From a virus (lineage: Duplodnaviria > Caudoviricetes): a DNA stretch of 41,550 bases. Position 1 is the first letter of the stretch, and every line of letters starts with the position of its first letter. The notes beneath the pieces are model-generated. The model did no database searches. It was not told the origin of the DNA and saw only the letters and a program-made list of their open reading frames with translations. The stretch is taken from the IMG/VR virus record IMGVR_UViG_3300025368_000011, positions 1 to 41,550 of that record; one strand, given 5' to 3'. Shown here one piece after another: positions 1 to 6,654 of this stretch. The position numbers and the translations under genes are program-made.

Positions 1-1
1 C

Positions 2-158
2 ATATATATATATTATGCGGAAAATACAACAAATAGTATCGGTAACCATTGCCAATTATTTTGGAAAGCTTATGTATATATATATATATATATATATAAT
101 TATATATATAAGGGCGCCTTGGGGCGCCCTATTATATATCTCTCTTACTATATATATA
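2..158. repeat. (TA)n microsatellite tracts interrupted by a GC hairpin (AGGGCGCC-TTGG-GGCGCCCT, 111-130); continues at the window end
   Basis: Runs of TATATA at 2-13, ~75-110 and 149-158, and at 41532-41550, so the assembly break falls in this tract. Confidence 0.9.
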
Positions 159-202
159 CTGGCGCAAGCCAGAAAATGCCTGTTTTCTTAAAATCTTCCA
201 AA
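137..202 (-). promoter_or_regulatory. Putative phage-sigma promoter for the replication (middle) operon
   Basis: Minus strand reads TTTGGAAGATTTT-N9-GGCAT-N14-CAGTATATA-N4-GTAAGAGAGATA, matching 6365-6429; it points into the primase gene across the junction. Confidence 0.75.
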
Positions 203-224
203 GATTTTTAAATTACAAGCCGCG

Positions 225-246
225 CGGCGCGTCAAATAGCGCCGCA
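225..246 (-). terminator. Possible weak intrinsic terminator after the sigma gene
   Basis: GCGGCGC-N8-GCGCCGC stem just downstream of the stop at 262; poor U-tail. Confidence 0.35.
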
Positions 247-261
247 AGTCCCTGTTTAAAT

Positions 262-699
262 TCAGAAAATGCAGTAAGTATCTTCGATAACAGACTGCTC
301 TGCTTCCACAAGAGTTTCTGGGTTGCTTCCATAGCCATATGGTACCTCGCGCAAGTTAATACGTTCTTTGATATCAAAGCTGTCAATATGATCGTCGTCT
401 AACAAGTCAAATATATCGTCGTAACTATCAATGTAAATAGACTGCTTCGTATTAATTCCGCCCTTGGCATCTTTCCACGCGTACTGCGTGATAGCCTGTG
501 CCAGAATCGGCACCATGTACGTAGCGAATGACCCGCGCGCCGGATCCCACTCGGGGGCGCGTTCCAGCCCCGCCGTAACCGCCTCCTGCACTAGATCCTC
601 GTCGTCTACGAAAAGGCGATGCGGGAGTTTCCTCCCGCGCCGCAGATTGCCAAGAACGAATTTAGACAGCCTCAGTATGTCGTTGATATCTTTAGACAT
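262..699 (-). CDS. Phage sigma-70-family sigma factor-like protein (region 2; region 4 apparently absent)
   Basis: EDLVQEAVTAGLERAPEWDPARGSFATYMVPILAQAITQY resembles the sigma70 region 2.2-2.4 consensus DLIQEG..GL..A...FDP.RG.FSTYA...IRQAI. Confidence 0.8.
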   Translation of the reverse strand: MSKDINDILRLSKFVLGNLRRGRKLPHRLFVDDEDLVQEAVTAGLERAPEWDPARGSFATYMVPILAQAITQYAWKDAKGGINTKQSIYIDSYDDIFDLLDDDHIDSFDIKERINLREVPYGYGSNPETLVEAEQSVIEDTYCIF

Positions 700-1649
700 T
701 ACAGCGCCCCTACTTTGCGAAGTTTAGCAATCGTCGTGCTAATTTCGTCGTTCATGCGGTCAATGTAACTCTTGTGCGGAATTGACGTAGATACGGAATC
801 TGCGCCGTAACGTTTTGTCAACGCCCGCTCAATGTGCAGTTGATGCCCCGTATCGTAATCGTCGTAATAGTCGTCGTCGGTTACGTTGCCGCGCTTTGCC
901 GCCCAATGCTCCCATGGCACGGGATCGGCCTGCCCCGCCGGAATGACCACAGGCTCGCCGCCCACGACCGTCGCCTCGGGCCAGTGCCGCGCCACGGCGG
1001 CGGCTACGTTGGCACTGTAACCCGCGCCAACTGGCTCGTCGTCGTCGCGGTAAATAGTAGAACTAGCCGTCTTGTAATAGCGATTATACAAGTTTTCGAT
1101 ACGCGCGGGTAGACTGTAGGTGTTGCTGTACCAGACGCCATCGTGCCACTGTCCCATATCTTCGTTAAGAATGGTAAACGTAAGATCGGATTCGTGCATA
1201 ATCAGCATTTTGTTGCCATAGCCAATGTCGCGCTGTACTTCCTCCCAAAAGTCTGACTTGCCGTGATCGGGCGCTAGAGTTAGCACGTCATCAGCATAAA
1301 CGGCCGTATCTGACTTCAGGTCAGTAGACCACTTAGTTGTATACAAAATGCCATTGTGCATCATATGACCGTTTAGCGTATCGTCTTCACCGTAAAACGC
1401 AAACGGATGCACGTTATTAGTCGATACCTTGCCGTGCGTAGCCATACGATAATGAACACCGTATTCGACGCCGTTAGCTTCCAGTTCGCGTATATATCGC
1501 AGCGACTTTTTAGCCTGTGACTTGCCAAGAAACTTACGGATACCTTCGGCGGACATTACGCCGATCCCGTCCGGGTTATGACTATTCGACGTGTAATGTA
1601 CGTCAACTGGCAATGCCAGACCGGATTTTACGTAAGCAATAAGACACAT
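699..1649 (-). CDS. Class II (Ntn) glutamine amidotransferase with acidic C-terminal extension
   Basis: N-terminal MC (catalytic Cys), NPDGIG, HYRMATHG, NVHPF, MHNG and SDT motifs. Confidence 0.88.
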   Translation of the reverse strand: MCLIAYVKSGLALPVDVHYTSNSHNPDGIGVMSAEGIRKFLGKSQAKKSLRYIRELEANGVEYGVHYRMATHGKVSTNNVHPFAFYGEDDTLNGHMMHNGILYTTKWSTDLKSDTAVYADDVLTLAPDHGKSDFWEEVQRDIGYGNKMLIMHESDLTFTILNEDMGQWHDGVWYSNTYSLPARIENLYNRYYKTASSTIYRDDDEPVGAGYSANVAAAVARHWPEATVVGGEPVVIPAGQADPVPWEHWAAKRGNVTDDDYYDDYDTGHQLHIERALTKRYGADSVSTSIPHKSYIDRMNDEISTTIAKLRKVGAL

Positions 1650-1651
1650 TA

Positions 1652-2896
1652 TTAGAACTCCTCCGATTCATCGTTATAGCGAGACGGCGGCAAAGCCGAC
1701 TTTTCTTTGATAAACTTCACAAGATTAGGATAAGCCGATTCATGCTTAGACAGCCAAGCAAGGAAATCAGTATATCCCAGCTTTGCCGGGTCCGCTACCT
1801 TGGAGAAGTTAATGAGAGCGTGACAAAACTCCACGTTCTTGATAACTCGCTCAGGCCGCAGATTGCCGCGAAAGATACGAAACTCGATAGTCTTGTGCAT
1901 CACATTAACGGCCTCGTATCGATTTTCGGAAACTCGACGACCATCCGACAGCTTTTTCTTTGACTTCTGGCAATACGTGTTATTGCCGCGCTGCGCAATC
2001 ATCTCGACAAATTCTTTATTGTTATCGTCGTTGATGAATACGAGAATCTTGCCGATCATAAGCGCAGTTAACGCCTTGCGATTAACGTGAACATGAATAC
2101 CGCAGGATCGCGTACCCTTGCCAGACTTGGCAATACCTTCTACCTTCTTAAGAACCTCGGCCCACCGCATCCCGGTCGCATCGGTCGCCTGATGCCACGC
2201 AAGCGTGCCGGGCACCGTGACCAATTCCGCGCCATAGTTCAGGCTACCGTCGCTCTTTAAAATGTAGCGATCCGTAGACGGCCCACCAAGCAATCGCGCC
2301 ATTTTGCGCTGATTTTCGTATCCGTTGATTGCTTCCATTTCTAATTCGACGCCAAAGCAAAGCGCCCGCTTGGACAGCCCACTCGGCCAGCCGCAAATGT
2401 CTATAACATCCGTGCTATATCCCAGAATAGGCGAGCGTTCGTCGTCTTCATAGTCATCGTCGCTAACAACATCATCGTACGACGCGCAATAGTCAAGATA
2501 AGCCCGACCGCTTACAAACCATAAATCTCCATACCGTTGATTCGGCGGCGCCCTGTAACAAAACCGCTCGACAAGCTCCCGCGGATAATATTGCCATTCG
2601 CCGTACAGAGTGTTTTGACGATCCCCGTAAATAGGCACATACGAAATATTCGCAATACGACCGTCCCAGAATATATCAAAAGCGCGAAGATAGCGGTATC
2701 TAGGCTGAATACAATCGTCGCAAACGTGAATGTAATTGCCGTCGCACCATGCGTTAGCTGGAATACGCGACCAGCCGCGATTTTCGGGCAATTTAATAGT
2801 ACGCGAACAATGCGGACAGTTTTCGTTTGTTGCAGCGCGAAGTATGCTAATGCGCGACAATGAATTGCTACCAAAACAAGTATTATCAGACGGCAT
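1652..2896 (-). CDS. Putative amidoligase (COOH-NH2 ligase, glutamine synthetase-like fold) with a Cys-rich N-terminal region
   Basis: FGVELE, SDGSL, GAELVT, SCGIHVHV, RYEAVN and TIEFRIFRG motifs; adjacent to the GATase; CPHC and CDDC pairs at the N-terminus. Confidence 0.85.
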   Translation of the reverse strand: MPSDNTCFGSNSLSRISILRAATNENCPHCSRTIKLPENRGWSRIPANAWCDGNYIHVCDDCIQPRYRYLRAFDIFWDGRIANISYVPIYGDRQNTLYGEWQYYPRELVERFCYRAPPNQRYGDLWFVSGRAYLDYCASYDDVVSDDDYEDDERSPILGYSTDVIDICGWPSGLSKRALCFGVELEMEAINGYENQRKMARLLGGPSTDRYILKSDGSLNYGAELVTVPGTLAWHQATDATGMRWAEVLKKVEGIAKSGKGTRSCGIHVHVNRKALTALMIGKILVFINDDNNKEFVEMIAQRGNNTYCQKSKKKLSDGRRVSENRYEAVNVMHKTIEFRIFRGNLRPERVIKNVEFCHALINFSKVADPAKLGYTDFLAWLSKHESAYPNLVKFIKEKSALPPSRYNDESEEF

Positions 2897-3170
2897 TTTT
2901 AAAATCTCCCATACGTGCTACGGTTGACGCAAGCCGACCCGGTTGCGCCGATTGCTTAAGGATCATCTGCTCAATCCGCGTAATAAGAACCCGAGTAACA
3001 TCACACGATTCCGGATCCTCCGGGTACGCCAGTCCCAGTTCCCGCAGGGCAGCCCGTGCAAGCGCGGGAGCACTCGCCACGGACGCGAATCCAGTTCGAT
3101 TGTGCCCTCGAATGACCCGCGCCATGTTTAACGCGGCAGTCGTCGTTGACAATGTTTTACAAATAGACAC
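2886..3170 (-). CDS. Hypothetical early protein
   Basis: In-frame GTG at 3170 with GAGG RBS; stop overlaps the amidoligase start. Confidence 0.6.
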   Translation of the reverse strand: MSICKTLSTTTAALNMARVIRGHNRTGFASVASAPALARAALRELGLAYPEDPESCDVTRVLITRIEQMILKQSAQPGRLASTVARMGDFKNAV

Positions 3171-3276
3171 GCTATACCTCTTTCTTAAGTTATTGCTAGT
3201 AGTTAAACAGTCGCCATGAAACATTTATTTGCCATACGGCCGGGGCGGCCCCCAGACGCATGAGAATAAATGCTTT

Positions 3277-3317
3277 TAAAAAAAGGCGCAAGCGGAGTTT
3301 GCGGCTCCGCCTGCGCA
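3277..3317 (-). terminator. Rho-independent terminator within the early operon
   Basis: Minus strand: GCGCAGGCGGAG-loop-CTCCGCTTGCGC followed by C and a run of T. Confidence 0.75.
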
Positions 3318-3335
3318 TAACATAATCTTATTATT

Positions 3336-3581
3336 CTAATACGTATCACTGTAGTATTTTTGTAGATCGCGCATTGACACGACCCGATAGCGCGCCGGGC
3401 GCTTTAATATCGTGCGCATAAACGAGGACATTTCCCATGCGGCAGTCTGCGCCTCATGGCGCGTCGCGTACGTTTGAATCTGTGTGGCATTGCTGCCGTC
3501 ACTGGTCCGCACAATGCCAGTCGGCAGCCATCTGCCGTTCGGCTGCTCTGTAGATTCTTCAATTGCGTATAACGGGCGCAT
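3336..3581 (-). CDS. Hypothetical early protein (MRPLYAIEES...)
   Basis: In-frame ATG at 3581 with a G-rich RBS; the longer ORF call overlaps another small gene. Confidence 0.6.
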   Translation of the reverse strand: MRPLYAIEESTEQPNGRWLPTGIVRTSDGSNATQIQTYATRHEAQTAAWEMSSFMRTILKRPARYRVVSMRDLQKYYSDTY

Positions 3582-3595
3582 AGCGATCGCCCCCG

Positions 3596-3700
3596 TTAAA
3601 ACTTGCGCAGGCTGCGCGCTGCCCATCGCAACGTCACAATCGCGGCTAATAGGAAACCGGCTATAAAACCGGCAATAAATGCCTGATCGAGTGTATCCAT
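3596..3700 (-). CDS. Small single-TM membrane protein, 34 aa (MDTLDQAFIAGFIAGFLLAAIVTLRWAARSLRKF), absent from the ORF track
   Basis: GGAGG RBS, ATG overlapping the upstream TAA, hydrophobic segment followed by a basic tail. Confidence 0.7.
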   Translation of the reverse strand: MDTLDQAFIAGFIAGFLLAAIVTLRWAARSLRKF

Positions 3701-4119
3701 TAGGCAACCTCCCCGGTTAATGCGGACTGCGCTACCGCTCCGCCGTTAGGCGGCCGGGTTGGATTAGGCGCGCTAGGACGCACGCCAAGCCCGCCAGAAC
3801 CGCTGTCATCGTGTGAGCCGGGCAGGATGCGACCAAGCGCCAGTGCCGCCGCCGTGGCTCGTATGCCCTCCGGCCACGCATCATCCATGGCGACCAATTC
3901 CGCCTGCCGTGAGTTATTAACCGGCACGTAGGCCAGCACTTTAGACGGTGCGGATAGCGACCGGGTTACAAAGGACTGAACCGCCTGAGACCCAATGCCG
4001 TACACAGCTATGGCCGTAGACTCGCCAGCGTAGAAAAGCCGGACCATATCATCGGGCAGGCATTTAACAATAATGCCGTGCTGCTCCGTCTCAACTATAA
4101 ACGTGTTTTTAAATAACAT
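3700..4119 (-). CDS. Hypothetical early protein with Gly/Pro-rich C-terminus
   Basis: GAGG RBS before ATG at 4119 (MLFKNTF...). Confidence 0.65.
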   Translation of the reverse strand: MLFKNTFIVETEQHGIIVKCLPDDMVRLFYAGESTAIAVYGIGSQAVQSFVTRSLSAPSKVLAYVPVNNSRQAELVAMDDAWPEGIRATAAALALGRILPGSHDDSGSGGLGVRPSAPNPTRPPNGGAVAQSALTGEVA

Positions 4120-4161
4120 ATTAACCTCGTTTGCCAATTGTCGATTAACAGGCTCATCAGG

Positions 4162-4203
4162 GCAGGCATTACCTGCCGACAAAGCGGGGCATTAAAGCCC
4201 CGC
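4162..4203 (-). terminator. Tandem hairpins after the DUF932-like gene (possible leaky terminator or processing site)
   Basis: Minus strand GCGGGGC-TTTAAT-GCCCCGC-TTTG, then GGCAGG-TAATG-CCTGCC. Confidence 0.5.
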
Positions 4204-4217
4204 CTCGTTTCGCCATC

Positions 4218-5264
4218 TTATGCGGCTACCTTCATACGCTCGCAAATATCAGTGAACGCCTTAGACTTCACAGTTGCGCCCTTACCAAAGGCTGCACTGT
4301 AGGCCCGTGCGAGCCCCGTGCCGTCCTTGTCGGTGTCGCGGGTAGCGGCTACATGGTCTACCCAATACGTCACCGCATTATAGGCACCCCATGCCGTGCC
4401 AGCCCGCGCCGAAGCCCCCGGACCTGCTACGTAGGCGTCTAAAAGCGCCGTTAGCTGATTACGGGTGCGCGCCTTAATCAGCGGGTTGCCGTTAGCGTCC
4501 TCTTTCACAAGGTCATCCGGGTTAAACCCGAGAAGCCCGGCGAAATAGGCGGTTACTTCATCCTCGCTAATCTTTGCCTCTAGCAAAGCGTTACAAACGC
4601 GAACCCGGTCAGTCAGCGTGCCCTCCGCTGCTTCCAGCACGGCGCGAATATCCGCACTGTTAAAATTGCTGCGGTGCGGTACGCGAACCAATTTGCCCGC
4701 AGACTTGGCGGCATACTGCGCCGCGCTATCCGTATTCTGACAAACCACTACAATCTGCCCGACGCTAACCGTCGTGGCGCGCGTGCCGTCAAACCCGGTA
4801 GCGAAGTTAAGGACCGTATCAATCTTGTCTGCGCCAATGGTAAGCCGGTAGGCGTCACCCAACATAGCCGACGCACACACAACCCGGCCGCCCTTGTAGG
4901 CCAGTGCCGTAGCAAAGGACAGATGGTTATCCCGCAGGGCGCTATCCCAGCCAGCCAGCAACTGCCCCGCCGACACATTCTTAAAGTCCGGCGAGACGAT
5001 GCCCATCACTGCGCCGTTATCTGCCCGGACGTTAGCGCGGTAGTCATCAACCGGCACATACTCGCCAGCAGCATTACGTGTGAAAAGAGGGGCCAGTTCG
5101 ACGCCGAAGTCAATTTGTGCTTTGCGGCAGATGTCTGCCGTCGTGTCGGTCGGCTCAATCGTGCCGATTTTCATACCGTGGCGCAGCCACCACGGATCGG
5201 GCGTATCAGCAGACTTAGCAAACGCGTAGACGCCGTTCTCGTTCGTATCAGCAATAAGACCCAT
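4218..5264 (-). CDS. DUF932/DUF945-family (TIGR03299-like) phage/plasmid protein, first gene of the early arm
   Basis: W..G N-terminus, VRADNGAVMGIVS, GFDGT, VVCQNT, HRS and GTAWGAYNAVTYWVDH motifs; GAGG RBS before ATG at 5264. Confidence 0.85.
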   Translation of the reverse strand: MGLIADTNENGVYAFAKSADTPDPWWLRHGMKIGTIEPTDTTADICRKAQIDFGVELAPLFTRNAAGEYVPVDDYRANVRADNGAVMGIVSPDFKNVSAGQLLAGWDSALRDNHLSFATALAYKGGRVVCASAMLGDAYRLTIGADKIDTVLNFATGFDGTRATTVSVGQIVVVCQNTDSAAQYAAKSAGKLVRVPHRSNFNSADIRAVLEAAEGTLTDRVRVCNALLEAKISEDEVTAYFAGLLGFNPDDLVKEDANGNPLIKARTRNQLTALLDAYVAGPGASARAGTAWGAYNAVTYWVDHVAATRDTDKDGTGLARAYSAAFGKGATVKSKAFTDICERMKVAA

Positions 5265-5708
5265 GATAATTACCTCATACATATGAATAGGTTAGTGCAA
5301 TGTGGAATGTACGGGCGGCACACAGGCCAGCAATACACTCCCTCTTGCACTATCCACGGCAGCCTAAGCGCTACACGGGTTCATGCCCTCCGCTACGGTC
5401 GCCCCCGGGTATGAGCCGGTATCTCGCGTAGCCCGCCTATTCACCTATTTATAAAGCGCCGGTTAGGGTCTCGTTCCCTCTGAGCGCCTACGCGGCCCGT
5501 GCCGCGCGTCTTACCTTTTTCCATCAAGCCCCAGTATCGCGCGCGAATGTTTCAGCCGTATTAAATATATATGAATTTATTATTACAGACGAACGGCAAT
5601 TCCAGAACGGAACATTTAATCGTGTGTGGATATACATGCCGCTGTAAGCCCCGGAGAAGCCGCAGGAGCGGCGCAACGTCTACCCCTAGCCTAGGTATCA
5701 CCCCGCTT

Positions 5709-5740
5709 TTATCCACAGGTTATTAACAACAATATCCACA
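5709..5740 (+). promoter_or_regulatory. DnaA-box cluster
   Basis: TTATCCACA 5709-5717 (perfect), TTATTAACA 5720-5728 and ATATCCACA 5732-5740; inverted copies at 5625-5633 and 5809-5817. Confidence 0.75.
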
Positions 5741-5778
5741 GGCTAGCGTGTGTGTGCTGTCAATAGATAACACCGCAG

Positions 5779-5795
5779 CTTAATGCAATCTTAAT
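5779..5795 (+). promoter_or_regulatory. OmpR-family direct repeat (PmrA/BasR/QseB-type; also fits CtrA TTAA-N7-TTAA)
   Basis: CTTAAT-GCAAT-CTTAAT. Confidence 0.55.
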
Positions 5796-5972
5796 GATTG
5801 CAATGTGTTGTTAATAAACCACACATATGTGTATAATGATCACAGATATAATAATCACGATAGTTAATACACGTGTATTAATACGTGCAATGCAATGCCT
5901 GTTAATCCATACGTGAACAACAATTCGTATGTGCGTGCGCTAGTGGTGTGGTCCACCACCACACCCTCCCAC

Positions 5973-5990
5973 ATTACACTTTTATTACAA
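5973..5990 (-). promoter_or_regulatory. Pho-box-like direct repeat
   Basis: Minus strand TTGTAATAAAAGTGTAAT, 11-bp period, resembling CTGTCATAAAACTGTCAT. Confidence 0.45.
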
Positions 5991-6049
5991 CACTATGTAA
6001 TCTGTAACAATCTTGTAACAATTGCATTGTAATATTACAATTCGATTAC

Positions 6050-6063
6050 ATGATACGAATCAA
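6050..6063. promoter_or_regulatory. FNR/Anr-type box
   Basis: ATGAT-ACGA-ATCAA, one mismatch to TTGAT-N4-ATCAA. Confidence 0.5.
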
Positions 6064-6069
6064 TCACAT

Positions 6070-6099
6070 ATGCAAATGCAAATGCGAATCATTCTTATT
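6070..6099. promoter_or_regulatory. Fur box
   Basis: AATGCGAATCATTCTTATT (6081-6099) preceded by in-register hexamers ATGCAA-ATGCAA. Confidence 0.7.
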
Positions 6100-6364
6100 C
6101 CTATTGGGCATAATGTAGTTACTACACTTGACATAGCCGGGTACCCCCGGTGCGCGCGACGGCGTTGGCGTGGTGCCCAATTCCCTCACAAAAAATAAAA
6201 TACCGTTTTCAAATGACGGGTAACAGGCACCTGTTTACGCCACGGATCCGTCGCCAAGGCGACGTTCTGACGTTTACCTGTAAATTTTTAAAATATTTAT
6301 AGATGCGCCCAATGGCGCATATCATATCTGTAATGTAATGTCAAACATTAAGTTTTCATTAATT

Positions 6365-6429
6365 TTTGAAAGATTTTTAAAATCTGGCATATTTTTACAA
6401 GTTTCAGTATATACTATGTAAGAGAGATA
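6365..6429 (+). promoter_or_regulatory. Putative phage-sigma late promoter
   Basis: TTTGAAAGATTTT-N8-GGCAT-N14-CAGTATATA-N4-GTAAGAGAGATA, the same element as 137-202 (minus); heads the whole plus-strand arm. Confidence 0.75.
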
Positions 6430-6622
6430 AGAGTAGGAGTGAAGACATAGGATATGTCTGAACGACTACTCTGATGCGGTAATAACTAATAGGCCCCGTA
6501 AGGGGCCATAGTGTGTAAGAGAAAGAGCGTCGGGTTCAGCCGACGCAAAGAATAAGAGAGCGCGGCGGCAAGCCGCGCTATAAGAGAGATATATTCTTAA
6601 CGCAGCGCAAACATCGCGCTGC
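6430..6622 (+). ncRNA. Structured late 5' leader or candidate ncRNA with five hairpins separated by AAGAGA-rich linkers
   Basis: Stems at 6430-6472, 6492-6507 (GUAA loop), 6527-6546, 6559-6579 and 6602-6622. Confidence 0.5.
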
Positions 6623-6654
6623 TTGCGCAAACCTTAACCGAGGGTATTTTGCAG

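Noticed and set aside
4674-5414. 246-aa plus-strand ORF
   Set aside because: Antisense to the well-supported DUF932-like gene
5779-5795. Assigning an alphaproteobacterial host from the CtrA-like TTAA-N7-TTAA
   Set aside because: The same bases fit the PmrA/QseB box, and the Fur box looks beta/gamma-type; the host cannot be called from this
5700-6130. CRISPR array or iteron series
   Set aside because: The units are different motifs rather than one repeated unit with regular spacers
6128-6160. Perfect TTGACA as a sigma70 promoter
   Set aside because: No -10 hexamer 16-18 bp downstream; the sequence there is GC-rich
6471-6510. CTGATG followed by hairpins suggested a hammerhead ribozyme
   Set aside because: The core reads CUGAUGC rather than CUGANGA, and there is no correctly placed GAAA after a stem II
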